Notes: generated by a model from the sequence alone, not told the origin. Counted from the first letter of the stretch, positions 31,413 through 42,129 are shown. The stretch: 64,000 bases of DNA from Hadesarchaea archaeon (GCA_004375695.1 SOKQ01000014.1:2067-66066), one strand, 5' to 3'. Program-made: numbers and translations.

Positions 31413-31790
31413 ATGGTAAGCAAACAGCCCAGAAAACAACACTTAGCGCTTTACTCCGCGCCCTTGCACCGGAGGCACCGATTCCTTTCCGCATCCCTCA
31501 GCCGCGAGCTCCGGGGGAAACACAAAACGCGTTCCCTGCCCGTGCGGAAGGGGGACAAAGTGCGGATTATACAGGGCGATTTTAAGAAGCATGAGGGCGA
31601 TGTGCTCGAGGTAAATACGAAGCGTCGTCGCATCCAAGTCCAGGGGGCAACAACTACGAAGGCTGATGGAACTCAAGTCACTAGGCTGCTCTCACCTTCA
31701 AACGTTGTGTTAATAAAGCTAGTCTCAGACAAAGAGCGCGACAAAGTGCTCGAGAGGAGGTCAAAAGGTGGCGAAAAAGGGTCAAAGTAA
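31413..31790 (+). CDS. rpl24: 50S ribosomal protein L24
   Basis: KOW motif KGDKVRIIQGDFK. Confidence 0.9.
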   Translation: MVSKQPRKQHLALYSAPLHRRHRFLSASLSRELRGKHKTRSLPVRKGDKVRIIQGDFKKHEGDVLEVNTKRRRIQVQGATTTKADGTQVTRLLSPSNVVLIKLVSDKERDKVLERRSKGGEKGSK

Positions 31791-32499
31791 ACACGTGAAA
31801 CGCTACGCGGCGCCGCGAACACTAAAACTTCCGCGCAAGTCTTTCCCTTGGATGGTGAAGCCCTCACCCGGCCCCCATCCTCGCGAAAGCGCTCTGCCGC
31901 TTCGGCTGCTTTTAAGGGATTACCTCTCGCTTGCCCGAACTGCTCGAGAAGCAGATAGAATTCTCGCAGAAGGGCAAGTGCTCGTAGACGGCAGAGTGAG
32001 ACGAAACCCCAAGTTCCCAGTTGGCCTGATGGACGTGGTGCAACTGCCAGCCCTGAACCAAAATTATCGCGTGCTTCTAGACCACCGCGGGCGTCTAGTC
32101 CTCCGCGAGATAGATCAAGCTGAAACATCTTCGAAGCTTTGCAAGGTCATGCGTAAAGATATCGTACGGGGCAAACAGGCCCAGCTCTCTTTCCACGACG
32201 GCAAGACGCTCGTCGGAGATTTTGATGAATTCAAGTTGGGCGATGGGATAAAACTTGCCCTACCCGAGCTCAAGGTGCTCGAGCGATTTCCGTTTGAGAA
32301 GGGAGCCACGATATTAGTCACCGATGGGAAAAACGTGAGCAAGGTTGGCACTATAACCGATGTCAAACTGGTCGAGGGCACACATCCAAACATCGTGACA
32401 TTCGAGGCCGCCGGCAAAACTTTCCAAACCCCCAAACATTACGTATTCGTCGTAGGAAAGGAGAAGCCCGCCATTTCGCTGCAGGAGGCACCCGCATGA
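31768..32499 (+). CDS. rps4e: 30S ribosomal protein S4e
   Basis: 243 aa; operon order. Confidence 0.95.
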   Translation: MAKKGQSKHVKRYAAPRTLKLPRKSFPWMVKPSPGPHPRESALPLRLLLRDYLSLARTAREADRILAEGQVLVDGRVRRNPKFPVGLMDVVQLPALNQNYRVLLDHRGRLVLREIDQAETSSKLCKVMRKDIVRGKQAQLSFHDGKTLVGDFDEFKLGDGIKLALPELKVLERFPFEKGATILVTDGKNVSKVGTITDVKLVEGTHPNIVTFEAAGKTFQTPKHYVFVVGKEKPAISLQEAPA

Positions 32500-33002
32500 A
32501 CCTGATGCGCGAGATTCGAATCGAGAAAGTTACCCTCAATATAGGAGTCGGCGAGGGCGGCGACAAGCTCGCGAAAGCCGAGCGGGTGCTTGGGAGCATC
32601 ACAGGGCGAAAACCAGCGCGAACGCAGGCGAAACGGACGATAAGGGAGTGGGAGGTAAAGCAAAGCGAGCCCATAGGTTGCAAAGTCACGCTACGTGGAG
32701 AGGAAGCTACAAAAATTCTAAAGCGATTGTTCGATGCAGTCGAGCGCCGCCTCAGCGAGAAGTGTTTTGATGGCAAGGGAAACTTCGCCTTCGGGATCAA
32801 GGAGCACATCGATATCTCCGGAGTTTCTTATGATCCAGAAATAGGCATCTTCGGGATAGATGTATGTGTAACGCCTCAGAGACCCGGATATCGGATCAAG
32901 CGCAGGCGGCGCCAACCAAAGGCGATACCAAAAAGGCACTGTATCGTTAAAGAGGAAGCAATAAATTTCATCACCGAGAAATTTGGAGTTCAGGTGATCT
33001 GA
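32496..33002 (+). CDS. rpl5: 50S ribosomal protein L5
   Basis: 168 aa; operon order. Confidence 0.95.
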   Translation: MNLMREIRIEKVTLNIGVGEGGDKLAKAERVLGSITGRKPARTQAKRTIREWEVKQSEPIGCKVTLRGEEATKILKRLFDAVERRLSEKCFDGKGNFAFGIKEHIDISGVSYDPEIGIFGIDVCVTPQRPGYRIKRRRRQPKAIPKRHCIVKEEAINFITEKFGVQVI

Positions 33003-33148
33003 TGCCAAAGCGGAAGTTTGGAAGGGGCGCCCATAAGTGCATCCGATGTGGCAGGTATGGGCATGTATACCAGCAATACGGGCTAAAGTTGTGCCGACGC
33101 TGCTTCCGCGAACTGGCGCCGAAGATGGGGTTCAAAAAGTATGGGTGA
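33002..33148 (+). CDS. rps14: 30S ribosomal protein S14 (Zn-ribbon type, 48 aa)
   Basis: Not in the ORF track (<60 aa). [48 protein letters not shown] translated by hand. ATG overlaps the L5 stop. Confidence 0.85.
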   Translation: MPKRKFGRGAHKCIRCGRYGHVYQQYGLKLCRRCFRELAPKMGFKKYG

Positions 33149-33152
33149 GTAG

Positions 33153-33542
33153 ATGCTGTTAGACCCTCTAGCCAACGCGCTATCAAAAATTGAGAACTAC
33201 GAGCGCGCTCGAAAGCGCGAGGCGACAGTATCCCCTGCATCGAAGCTGATCAGCAAGGTGTTGCGCATCATGCAGGAGGAGGAATTCATAGGTGAGTTCG
33301 AGTTCATCGACAATGGCCGCGGTGGGAAGTTCAGGGTCGCACTGAAGGGTAAAATAAACGGATGCGGGGTGATAAAACCCAGATACGCCGTGAAGCGCGA
33401 CGGTTACGAGCAGTGGGAGAAGCGCTACTTGCCCGCTGCTGGGTTCGGCTTGATTATAGTTTCTACGCAGAGGGGGATCATGTCTCACCAGCGGGCGATG
33501 GAGCAGGGTTTGGGTGGACGGCTTATCGCGTACATTTACTAA
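33153..33542 (+). CDS. rps8: 30S ribosomal protein S8
   Basis: 129 aa; operon order. Confidence 0.95.
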   Translation: MLLDPLANALSKIENYERARKREATVSPASKLISKVLRIMQEEEFIGEFEFIDNGRGGKFRVALKGKINGCGVIKPRYAVKRDGYEQWEKRYLPAAGFGLIIVSTQRGIMSHQRAMEQGLGGRLIAYIY

Positions 33543-33633
33543 CAAATGCAGTTGAAACGCTACGATGTTTTCGCCACACTTTTAATGAAGAAAAGCTGAG
33601 AATAGAAGGAGTTGAACCCAAGGGGTACAAAGA

Positions 33634-34164
33634 ATGCTATCTGCAATCAGAGAAGAGGTAGATGTGCCCGAAGGTGTGGAGCTTAAGCTCTCGGGCAAGG
33701 CGATCGAGGTTAGTGGACCGAAGGGCAAGCTCGCACGCAAATTCGATGTCCCAGGAATCGGTCTGAGAATGGAGGGGAAAAAGATTTTGATCGAAATATC
33801 ATCTCCGCGTCGAAAGCTTCGGGCTGCACTTGGCATGGTTCGGGCCCGTCTGGTTAATATGTTTAAGGGCGTCACTGCTGGTTTCACTTACAAGCTTCGC
33901 GTGGTTTACTCGCATTTTCCGATCACGGTAAAGATAGAGGGAAAGCGTGCCCTGATTCAAAACTTTCTCGGCGAGCGGGCCCCCCGCGTGGCCAAGATCA
34001 TCGGTGACGTGAAAGTGGAAGTAAAGGGGGAAGAAATAATTGTTCAAGGTATTGATAGGGACGAAGTCGGACAGACAGCATTTAACATCGAACAGGCGAC
34101 TTTCATCAGGCACCGCGACCCACGCGTCTTTCAAGACGGTTGTTATATTGTGGAGAAGGCATGA
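33634..34164 (+). CDS. rpl6: 50S ribosomal protein L6
   Basis: 176 aa; [10 protein letters not shown] motif. Confidence 0.95.
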   Translation: MLSAIREEVDVPEGVELKLSGKAIEVSGPKGKLARKFDVPGIGLRMEGKKILIEISSPRRKLRAALGMVRARLVNMFKGVTAGFTYKLRVVYSHFPITVKIEGKRALIQNFLGERAPRVAKIIGDVKVEVKGEEIIVQGIDRDEVGQTAFNIEQATFIRHRDPRVFQDGCYIVEKA

Positions 34165-34541
34165 GAATGACGAGAAAAAAAAGCACCCATAAATTCAGGC
34201 GTCAGGAGTGGTTTAGGTTCGCAAAGCTCGGTGAGAAGTGGCGCAAGCCCAGAGGTAGCGACAGCAAGATGCGCCTTGGCATAAAGGGCAAACCGACGAT
34301 TGTCTCAATTGGCTATCGATCGCCGAAAAGCGTACGGGGGGTTCATCCTTCCGGATTTGTCGAAGTTCTGGTGCATGCTCCCCGCGATCTCGAGGGACTT
34401 GACACGAGCAAGCAAGCGGTTCGGATAGGCTCAAGCGTCGGTGGGCGAAAACGAGAACAGATCCTGGCTAAAGCCAAGGAACTCGGTATCAAAGTTCTAA
34501 ATCCTGGAGGCAAAAAACGTGAAGTTGAACACGCAGCGTAG
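34161..34541 (+). CDS. rpl32e: 50S ribosomal protein L32e
   Basis: [22 protein letters not shown] motif; ATGA overlap with L6. Confidence 0.9.
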   Translation: MRMTRKKSTHKFRRQEWFRFAKLGEKWRKPRGSDSKMRLGIKGKPTIVSIGYRSPKSVRGVHPSGFVEVLVHAPRDLEGLDTSKQAVRIGSSVGGRKREQILAKAKELGIKVLNPGGKKREVEHAA

Positions 34542-34968
34542 ACTGGCGGCTGACATCCTCGGTGTGGGTGTTAACCGAGTTTGGATCGACTCAGCCCGCA
34601 TAGTCGATGTCTCCTCAGCGATCTCGCGTGAGGATGTCAAGCGTTTGATCCGACAGGGCGCGATCAAGGCGAGACCGGAGCTGGGGATAAGCCGTGGAAG
34701 GTTCAGGCGACGGGCCGCCAAGCGCAAGCAAGGCAGGCGGCGAGGCGTTGGAAGCAGGAAAGGCACGCGAAGGGCCAGGCAACCGAAAAAGGCGAGTTGG
34801 ATCAGAACCGTGAGACCACTGCGCGCAAGGCTGAGTGAACTTAAGCGAGAAGGAACAATCAATCGGCACGAGTATCGCAGGCTCTACCGGATGGTAAAAG
34901 GTGGGGCCTTCAAGAGCAAAGCTCATCTAGAAACCCACCTTAGAGAACGAGGCCTTCTGAAGGGATGA
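34519..34968 (+). CDS. rpl19e: 50S ribosomal protein L19e
   Basis: [19 protein letters not shown] motif. Confidence 0.9.
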   Translation: MKLNTQRRLAADILGVGVNRVWIDSARIVDVSSAISREDVKRLIRQGAIKARPELGISRGRFRRRAAKRKQGRRRGVGSRKGTRRARQPKKASWIRTVRPLRARLSELKREGTINRHEYRRLYRMVKGGAFKSKAHLETHLRERGLLKG

Positions 34969-35567
34969 AAATGTCGAAGATCGGGCCACGATGGAAGGTT
35001 CAGTTCAGGCGCAAGCGGGAGGGAAAGACCGACTACAGGCGTAGGCTCAGGTTCCTACGCTCGGGCAAACCGCGGCTGGTAACGAGAATTTCGCTAAAGC
35101 ATGTCATCGCCCAATTCGTGCGCGCTACCCCCGGCGGGGACCTAACCCTTGCCGCAGCACACTCGAAGGAACTCGAGAAGCTCGGATGGAAGGGACACAC
35201 TGCAAATACTCCTGCGGCCTACCTCGTGGGACTGCTCTGCGGCTACCGCGCGCTGAAAGCCGGGACAAAGGAGTGTGCTTTGGATCTCGGGATGTACAAC
35301 CCAACTTCACAAGCTAAAGTTTTCGCCGTGCTCAAAGGAGCGCTCGACGCTGGCCTACAAATCCCTCATGGTGAAGGGGTTTTACCTAGCGATGAGCGGA
35401 TAGGCGGAAGGCACATCGCCCAGTACGCTGCGAAGCTGAAAGAGAAGAATGAAAAAGCATATCACGCGCAATTTTCCGCCTATCTCCAACGTGGGCTGTC
35501 ACCAGAGCAGCTACCGGAGCACTTTAATGAAATCAAGCAGGCAATAGTTACGCAGTTTGGTGAGTAG
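34965..35567 (+). CDS. rpl18: 50S ribosomal protein L18
   Basis: FRRKREGKTDYRRRL motif. Confidence 0.9.
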   Translation: MKMSKIGPRWKVQFRRKREGKTDYRRRLRFLRSGKPRLVTRISLKHVIAQFVRATPGGDLTLAAAHSKELEKLGWKGHTANTPAAYLVGLLCGYRALKAGTKECALDLGMYNPTSQAKVFAVLKGALDAGLQIPHGEGVLPSDERIGGRHIAQYAAKLKEKNEKAYHAQFSAYLQRGLSPEQLPEHFNEIKQAIVTQFGE

Positions 35568-36285
35568 AATGCGAAGAAGATCAAGAAGAACACGGAAAAA
35601 ACCAATAAGAGAGAAATTCGACATCAACTTATGGCAGCCTCGGACGAGCATGGGGCGAGCGGTAAAGGAAGGGCAGAAAACCGAGATATCTCAGATCTTG
35701 CGCCAAGGGAGGCCGATTAAAGAGCCTGAGATCGTCGATGCACTTGTGCCAAACCTCGAGGAGGACATCTTGGGGGTTAGCTGGGTCCAGCGGATGCACG
35801 AGTCTGGGCGTCGAGTTAAATATCGTGTGATCACAGCAGTCGGAAATCGAGATGGAATTGTCGGAGTTGGGCACGCGAGCGCGAGAGAGATTGGCCCCTC
35901 CATACGAAAAGCCATAACAACGGCGAAGCTAAACGTCGTGGAGGTCGCGCGAGGGTGTGGGAGCTGGGAGTGTGCCTGCGGGCGGCCTCATTCAGTCCCA
36001 TTCGAGGTCACCGGGAGAAGCGGTAGCGTTCACATGACGATAAAACCCGCCCCGCGCGGACTGGGATTAGCAGCGGGTGAGGTCTCGAAGACAATCCTCC
36101 GAATGGCCGGAATCGAGGACGCTTGGATCCACTCACGCGGACAAACGCGCACGACGCTCAACTTCGCCCTTGCTACCTTCGACGCCCTAAAGCAAACCAC
36201 GAGGGTAGCCCTGCGGGAATCTCATAAGGGCCACGTTTTCATCGGGAAGGTTGGTGAAGTAGGTGACCAAGCTAGCAGTGGTTAG
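35557..36285 (+). CDS. rps5: 30S ribosomal protein S5
   Basis: 242 aa; operon order. Confidence 0.95.
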   Translation: MVSRMRRRSRRTRKKPIREKFDINLWQPRTSMGRAVKEGQKTEISQILRQGRPIKEPEIVDALVPNLEEDILGVSWVQRMHESGRRVKYRVITAVGNRDGIVGVGHASAREIGPSIRKAITTAKLNVVEVARGCGSWECACGRPHSVPFEVTGRSGSVHMTIKPAPRGLGLAAGEVSKTILRMAGIEDAWIHSRGQTRTTLNFALATFDALKQTTRVALRESHKGHVFIGKVGEVGDQASSG

Positions 36286-36730
36286 GGTGCGCAGTAGCGT
36301 GAACGTGCGGCGTGGCGTAAGAGAAATAATGCAGCTGTTGAGCCTAACGCGCGTCAATCATTGTGTCATAATCGATGATATCCCTACCTATCGCGGGATG
36401 CTGCAGAAAGCAAAGGATGTGCTTACGTGGGGAGAGGTCAAGCAGAAAGTATTGGAGCAACTCATCCGAAAACGCGGTAGGCTGGTCGGCGACAAACGCT
36501 TGGCCGATGAATTCGTCAAATCTCAAACTTCGTTTCAATCATTGAGCGAGTTCGCCGCTGCGGTACATGCTGGCGAGGCTGAGCTCAAAGCGCTCCCTGG
36601 ATTGAAGAAAGTTTTCAGACTTCACCCACCGCGAAAGGGATACAAATCTACGAAGCGGCCATTCAAGGATTTTGGCGATCTGGGCTACCGCGGTGAGCGA
36701 ATCAACGAACTCATCCTCAAAATGATTTAG
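36263..36730 (+). CDS. rpl30: 50S ribosomal protein L30
   Basis: 155 aa; LAVVRVRSSVNVRR start. Confidence 0.9.
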   Translation: MTKLAVVRVRSSVNVRRGVREIMQLLSLTRVNHCVIIDDIPTYRGMLQKAKDVLTWGEVKQKVLEQLIRKRGRLVGDKRLADEFVKSQTSFQSLSEFAAAVHAGEAELKALPGLKKVFRLHPPRKGYKSTKRPFKDFGDLGYRGERINELILKMI

Positions 36731-36739
36731 GTGTTTTAA

Positions 36740-37198
36740 ATGGTGGTGCGAAAGCGAAGAAAAGTACGAAGGCAACGAGGCAGAAGAACTTACGGAAGAG
36801 GATGCTCGAAGCGTGGCCGGGGGAGCGGGGAAAAAGGTGGAACGGGGCTCAGCGGCGGCCACAAGCAGAAGTGGTCCTACATGCTCAGGTACATGCCCAA
36901 ACATTTCGGCAAGCATGGGTTCACACGCCCGCCAGAACTGAAGAGGGAAATCAACGCAATCAATGTCGGTGAACTCGACGAGCGCCTCGATGAATTTCTG
37001 CAGCAGGGCATCGCCAAACGCGAGGAAGAGCGAATCGTGATTGACATCGGGAAGCTTGGTTTTGAGAGGGTGCTCGGTGGAGGGCATGTCACCCGTCCTA
37101 TTGAGGTCGTCGCGAAGGAATTTGTTGGGTCGGCGAAGCGAAAACTCGAGGAAGCGGGCGGCAAGGCAATAGCGGGTGAAGGCGATGGAACAAGCTGA
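36740..37198 (+). CDS. rpl15: 50S ribosomal protein L15
   Basis: 152 aa; Gly/Arg-rich N-terminus; operon order. Confidence 0.9.
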   Translation: MVVRKRRKVRRQRGRRTYGRGCSKRGRGSGEKGGTGLSGGHKQKWSYMLRYMPKHFGKHGFTRPPELKREINAINVGELDERLDEFLQQGIAKREEERIVIDIGKLGFERVLGGGHVTRPIEVVAKEFVGSAKRKLEEAGGKAIAGEGDGTS

Positions 37199-38537
37199 GC
37201 AGCCGCGGTCCAAACTTTACGCCCTCGAGAGTCTCGTACGAAGACTTCCTGAGGTCTCGGTTCCAAAACGGCACGTTTCCTTTAAGGAAAAGTTCATGTG
37301 GACGGGGATAGCCCTCATCGGCTTCTTCGTTTTAACCCAAGTTTCGCTTTATGGAATGGCTGCCGGAGCAGGGCAAACGGCATTCTTTGGGCAGCTACGA
37401 TTCATACTCGCCAGCCATGCGGGAAGCTTGATGGAGCTTGGTATCGGGCCGATCGTCACCGCGGGCATCATCATGCAGCTACTGGTTGGGAGCAAGATAA
37501 TCGGGCTTGACCTGAGCAAGACAGAGGATCGCGCCCTCTTCACTGGCATTCAGAAATTGGGGGCCATACTCATGGGCATCTTCCAAGCATCTATGCTCGT
37601 GATGTCGGGGTGGTACGGGGTCGCCTTTGGCTCAGGCGCGGGTATCTTCCTAATCGTTCAGCTCACGATAGGGGTACTCATCGTGGTCTACCTCGATGAA
37701 GTGGTTTCGAAATATGGGTTTGGGAGCGGAATCAGCATCTTCATCATGGCAGGCGTAGCGGGAACGATTTTTTGGCAGGCCTTCAATCCACTCCAAGTTG
37801 GTGGCCAATTCACTGGAGCGCTTCCCAATTTCTTCGGGACCGTGCTCGGCGGAGGCAACATTTCTGATGCATTTTTCAGGCCGGGGATGCCAAACATGAT
37901 GGGTGTTTTCGCCACCATCATCGTCTTCTTCATCGTCGTGTACGCCGAGAGTATGCGCATCGAGATTCCTCTCGCATACGGTCGCTTCGGGGGCATTCGG
38001 GGACGCTACCCGATAAAGTTCCTTTACACCTCGGTCATCCCTGTGATTCTCGCGATGGTGGTATTCGCGAACGTCAGGATATTGGGGGGGATTTTCTCGC
38101 CACTCCAAGGAGTTTCCTATTACCTCAGCGCCCCGAACGGCATCTTTGACGTGATGGCCGACCCTCTCCGGGCTGGGATTTACATATTGGTCTTAGTCTT
38201 GCTATGCATGGGTTTCGCTTGGCTCTGGGCAAACATGACGGGGATGGGACCTCGCGATGTGGCGCGGCAGCTCGATCGATCTGGAATGCTCATCCCTGGC
38301 TTTCGCCGTGATATAAGAGTGATGGAATGGGTATTGAGCCGCTATATTATAACGGCCGCATTACTCGGAGGGGCATTCGTCGGGGCGATTTCCGCAGTTG
38401 CAGACTTCATGGGCGCCTTGGGCAGCGGCACGGGTATCTTGCTGACCGTGGGCATTATGTATAGTCTTTACCAAGAGATAGCGAAGGAACGTATGACAGA
38501 GATGTTCCCGGCGATGAGGAGGTTATTTGGTGGGTAG
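37176..38537 (+). CDS. secY: Preprotein translocase subunit SecY
   Basis: 453 aa; 10-TM pattern; conserved position after L15. Confidence 0.95.
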   Translation: MKAMEQAEQPRSKLYALESLVRRLPEVSVPKRHVSFKEKFMWTGIALIGFFVLTQVSLYGMAAGAGQTAFFGQLRFILASHAGSLMELGIGPIVTAGIIMQLLVGSKIIGLDLSKTEDRALFTGIQKLGAILMGIFQASMLVMSGWYGVAFGSGAGIFLIVQLTIGVLIVVYLDEVVSKYGFGSGISIFIMAGVAGTIFWQAFNPLQVGGQFTGALPNFFGTVLGGGNISDAFFRPGMPNMMGVFATIIVFFIVVYAESMRIEIPLAYGRFGGIRGRYPIKFLYTSVIPVILAMVVFANVRILGGIFSPLQGVSYYLSAPNGIFDVMADPLRAGIYILVLVLLCMGFAWLWANMTGMGPRDVARQLDRSGMLIPGFRRDIRVMEWVLSRYIITAALLGGAFVGAISAVADFMGALGSGTGILLTVGIMYSLYQEIAKERMTEMFPAMRRLFGG

Positions 38538-39105
38538 GGTAGTCGTGGTTACGGGCGTGCCAGGTGCTGGAAAGAGCACCGTTGTCCAAGAGGCGCTAAA
38601 GCAGCTCAAAGCTCAGGATGTCGAGTACGAGTTTATGAACTACGGTGACGTGATGCTCGAACTCATGCGTGAGCGCGAAGGGGTGACCGACCGCGACGAG
38701 ATGCGGAAGGTCCCGACAGGCACATATCGTGAAATCCAGCGTGAGGCCGGAAAGCGGATTGCGCGCGCGGCCCAGCGAAAATTTGTGCTTGTAGACACAC
38801 ACTGTTTAATCAAAAAACCTGAGGGCTATTATCCAGGCCTCCCCCGATGGGTGATCGAGGAGCTCAATCCTGAATCAATCGTGATAGTTGAGGCGACCCC
38901 TGAAGAGGTCGCGCGGCGGCGGGCCAAGGACACCACGCGTAGACGAGACAAAGAACTCTTGGATGAAGTCGTGGAGCACCAACTATTAAACCGCGCTACG
39001 GCGACGGCCTATGCGGCGCTCACGGGCGCGACGGTAAGGATAATCCATAATAGGGATGAAAAACTCAGTGAAGCTGTGAAGGAAATGGTCGAGGTACTCA
39101 GGTGA
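38527..39105 (+). CDS. adkA: Adenylate kinase, archaeal type
   Basis: P-loop TGVPGAGKST; 192 aa; after secY. Confidence 0.9.
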   Translation: MVGRVVVVTGVPGAGKSTVVQEALKQLKAQDVEYEFMNYGDVMLELMREREGVTDRDEMRKVPTGTYREIQREAGKRIARAAQRKFVLVDTHCLIKKPEGYYPGLPRWVIEELNPESIVIVEATPEEVARRRAKDTTRRRDKELLDEVVEHQLLNRATATAYAALTGATVRIIHNRDEKLSEAVKEMVEVLR

Positions 39106-39109
39106 ACCC

Positions 39110-39937
39110 ATGCGCCGCGTACTCGTTTGCTCGCTAATCGCCGCCTTCCTGCTGGCAAGCTTTGCCATGACAGTTGGTGCGGAGGAGGCGGAAGATGAGC
39201 ATGAGACGTACAAGGGACTGTTACAGACCGTAGACAGCTCCATCATATCCCTCAGGCAAGGAGGTAGTGCATCGGGAAGTTTGAGCCAAGCACGAACGCT
39301 CTACAATAGTCTTGTGGGCCCATACGAGAACGATAACTTTGGCGGTAGTCCGAAACTCATAGAGATAGACAACCGAATAACCCAAGCTTTCAACTCTTTG
39401 CAGCAATCGGCAACGGAGGAAAATATTCGGGTTCTACGCTCGGACATCTCACTAATGGCGAGCGAGCTCGGGATTGGGCTATCTTCCATCTACGAATACG
39501 CGCTATTCGTCGTCCTCGGAATCGGGATATTTGTTTCCCTCCTTATCACCTTGGTAACCCGACGTGTCGTGAACTGGGAGCGCATGAGAGAAATCAAGGC
39601 AGAGGTGTCTGCATTCCAGAAGGAACTCCGCGAAGCTCAGCGCAAGCAAGACATGAAGAGCGTGCACAATCTGCAGCAGGATCAAAAGCGAATTATGGCG
39701 CTTCAGGGACAGATGATGAAGGAAAATTTCAAACCCACGCTTTTCTACATTGTGCCCTATTTCATTTTCTGGTTCATCCTAATGGGCATATACGGCGGGT
39801 GGGTAGTGGCTTGGCTTCCCTTCCGTCTGGACCTCCCCTTCTTCGGCACCTGGGTCTCCTGCGGCTTTCTGAGTTGGTACCTTCTCACCTACTTCGGGTC
39901 CTCCCAGATCTGGCGAAAATTGCTTATCCGTGATTAA
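39110..39937 (+). CDS. DUF106/EMC3-like membrane insertase homolog with long N-terminal extension
   Basis: C-terminal ~150 aa has the DUF106 pattern (TM, coiled region KELREAQRK..MMKENFKP, 2 TM). N-terminal ~115 aa has signal-peptide-like MRRVLVCSLIAAFLLASFAMTVGA plus a soluble domain. Confidence 0.7.
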   Translation: MRRVLVCSLIAAFLLASFAMTVGAEEAEDEHETYKGLLQTVDSSIISLRQGGSASGSLSQARTLYNSLVGPYENDNFGGSPKLIEIDNRITQAFNSLQQSATEENIRVLRSDISLMASELGIGLSSIYEYALFVVLGIGIFVSLLITLVTRRVVNWERMREIKAEVSAFQKELREAQRKQDMKSVHNLQQDQKRIMALQGQMMKENFKPTLFYIVPYFIFWFILMGIYGGWVVAWLPFRLDLPFFGTWVSCGFLSWYLLTYFGSSQIWRKLLIRD

Positions 39938-39938
39938 T

Positions 39939-40205
39939 ATGCCCGCGCGAAGGTACCGCTCTGCAAGATACAAACAGCATTTCGTCCGCACTCCCGGAGG
40001 GCGAACCACCGTACACTACAAAGAAGAACGAGCGGGGGTGGCGAGATGCGCCTCCTGTGGGCGCCCGCTGGGAGGCGTTCCCCGAGTTAGGTTGAGCGAG
40101 TTGCGGTCTCTCCCTCGCAGCTCCCGCATGCCGAATCGCCCCTATGGTGGTTATTTCTGCCCAGCATGTGCACGTCAGGTGATTAAAAAAGCTGCTCGAG
40201 AGTGA
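39939..40205 (+). CDS. rpl34e: 50S ribosomal protein L34e
   Basis: RYRSARYKQHFVRTPGG..C..CG..L motif; start set at ATG 39939. Confidence 0.9.
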   Translation: MPARRYRSARYKQHFVRTPGGRTTVHYKEERAGVARCASCGRPLGGVPRVRLSELRSLPRSSRMPNRPYGGYFCPACARQVIKKAARE

Positions 40206-40209
40206 AAGA

Positions 40210-40746
40210 ATGGTAGTCGTTGCTATAAGCGGTTTGCACGGGGCGGGAAAGACGACTGCCGCGCGGGCGCTGGTGAAAAAATTCAAACTCCGCTATGTCT
40301 GCGCGGGGGCCGTTTTCAGACAGCTCGCCAAAGAACGGGGGATGACGCTCGACGAATTTTCCCGTTATGCCGAACGCCGCCCCAGCATAGATCACCAAAT
40401 CGACCGACGAACTACAACGGCTGCGAAGGGCAAAAATGTGCTTATCGACGCCCGCCTCGCGGGGTGGATGGCTAAACAGGCGGATCTGAAAGTCTTGCTC
40501 ACCGCCCCGCTCGAGGAAAGGGTTCGGCGGATTGCTCGTCGGGAGAGGCGGAAGTACAAAGAAGTGCTTAACGAAACTCGCAAGCGGGAGCGGAGCGAGA
40601 CCAAGCGTTTCAAACAATTTTATAGTATAGATGTCAACGATCATTCCTCATTCGACATCGTGCTGAACACTGAACGTTTCACTGCTAAGGAGACGGTACG
40701 GATTTTGGAGCTCGCGATAAAGCAGTTCATTCGAAAGAGGTCGTGA
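40210..40746 (+). CDS. cmk: Cytidylate kinase, archaeal type
   Basis: P-loop SGLHGAGKTT; 178 aa. Confidence 0.9.
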   Translation: MVVVAISGLHGAGKTTAARALVKKFKLRYVCAGAVFRQLAKERGMTLDEFSRYAERRPSIDHQIDRRTTTAAKGKNVLIDARLAGWMAKQADLKVLLTAPLEERVRRIARRERRKYKEVLNETRKRERSETKRFKQFYSIDVNDHSSFDIVLNTERFTAKETVRILELAIKQFIRKRS

Positions 40747-40747
40747 G

Positions 40748-41032
40748 ATGGTGATGGAAGTAGGTCGGGTTTGTGTGAAACTCGCTGGGCATGAGGCGGG
40801 CAAACAGTGCGTCATCGTGGATGTGCTCGACAATGTCTACGTGGTGGTGAGTGGCCCCTGGGTCAAACGGCGCCGATGCAACATTGCACATCTCGAGTCC
40901 CTTGAGCAAAAAGTTGAAATTGCGAAGGGGGCCTCGGACGAGGATGTCAAACGCACGCTTGAAGCAGCGGGCTTGGTAAAAACAGAAAAGCCATCAGATA
41001 AACCTTCTGAGCCTAAGGAAGACACAGCCTAG
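40748..41032 (+). CDS. rpl14e: 50S ribosomal protein L14e
   Basis: KOW-like VGRVCVKLAGHEAGK; 94 aa. Confidence 0.85.
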   Translation: MVMEVGRVCVKLAGHEAGKQCVIVDVLDNVYVVVSGPWVKRRRCNIAHLESLEQKVEIAKGASDEDVKRTLEAAGLVKTEKPSDKPSEPKEDTA

Positions 41033-41054
41033 CGTTCAGTAATAGGTGTTTTAA

Positions 41055-42041
41055 GTGGGCAAGCTACCCTCCGATGTCAAACGTGAAGTTCTAGTCCGGG
41101 CTCAAGATATGACCGATCCCAGTCATGGCTGTGAGCCTAACAAGCGCCCAATTCGTGAACACTTGCGCTTGGGAATCATCAACCTCGACAAACCCATCGG
41201 GCCAACCTCGCATGAAATCGTCGCTTGGGTGAAGCGCGTGCTCGAGATTCGCCGCGCGGGGCACGGGGGAACGCTCGACCCTAAGGTAAGCGGCGTGCTG
41301 CCGACAGCACTCGAGGATGCGACGAAAATCGTCCAGACGTTGTTGCCAGCGGGAAAAGAGTACATTTGCGTGATGCACCTCCACGGTGACGTGCCTGACC
41401 ATAAGCTCGAGCAGGTGTTGCACGAGTTCGAGGGCGAGATATACCAGCGTCCTCCCTTACGGGCAGCCGTCAAGCGGGTGCTACGGACGAGGAAAATTTA
41501 CTACATCGAGCTCTTGGAGCGGGAGGGCAGGGACGTGCTCATGCGCGTGGGGTGCGCGGCGGGTACCTACATGCGAAAGCTCATGTTTGATGTCGGGGAA
41601 ACCTTGGGTTGCGGTGCCCACATGCGAGAGCTTCGCCGGACGCGGACGGGACCTTTCCGCGAGGACGACACTCTGGTCAAACTACAAGACCTCGCCGACG
41701 CCTATGCCTTCTGGAGCGAGGATGGTGATGAAAAGCACCTGCGCAAAGTCATTTTACCCGTGGAGGCCGCAGTTGAACACCTGCCCAAGCTAGTCGTTAG
41801 AGATGGGGCCGTCGATGCACTTTGCCACGGCGCCAGCCTCGCGGCACCCGGTGTGCTCCAAGTCGACACTGGAATCTCTCAGGACAACCTCCTGGCGCTG
41901 ATGACGCTTAAGGGCGAAGTCGTCGCGCTAGCTCGTGCCACGATGACCTCGAAGCAGATCTATGAGGCCGAGCACGGGATCGTCGCGAAGCCTGAACGCG
42001 TGGTGATGTCGCCGGACACTTACCCGCGGAAATGGAAATAA
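41055..42041 (+). CDS. cbf5: tRNA/rRNA pseudouridine synthase Cbf5 (TruB family, PUA domain)
   Basis: GHGGTLDPKVSGVLP catalytic motif; 328 aa. Confidence 0.95.
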   Translation: MGKLPSDVKREVLVRAQDMTDPSHGCEPNKRPIREHLRLGIINLDKPIGPTSHEIVAWVKRVLEIRRAGHGGTLDPKVSGVLPTALEDATKIVQTLLPAGKEYICVMHLHGDVPDHKLEQVLHEFEGEIYQRPPLRAAVKRVLRTRKIYYIELLEREGRDVLMRVGCAAGTYMRKLMFDVGETLGCGAHMRELRRTRTGPFREDDTLVKLQDLADAYAFWSEDGDEKHLRKVILPVEAAVEHLPKLVVRDGAVDALCHGASLAAPGVLQVDTGISQDNLLALMTLKGEVVALARATMTSKQIYEAEHGIVAKPERVVMSPDTYPRKWK

Positions 42042-42129
42042 CCAAATTAAAAAATTTCGCAAGTTCCTATTCGACCCCCCGGCCCAGCGAGAAAGTGATT
42101 ATAGAGCCGAGATTATAGATAGATTGACA

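Noticed and set aside
33543-33633. An unusually long 91-nt gap between S8 and L6 was scanned for a C/D-box sRNA or an alternative L6 start.
   Set aside because: No convincing C (RUGAUGA)/D (CUGA) box pairs with proper spacing were found. The L6 N-terminus at ATG 33634 looks complete.
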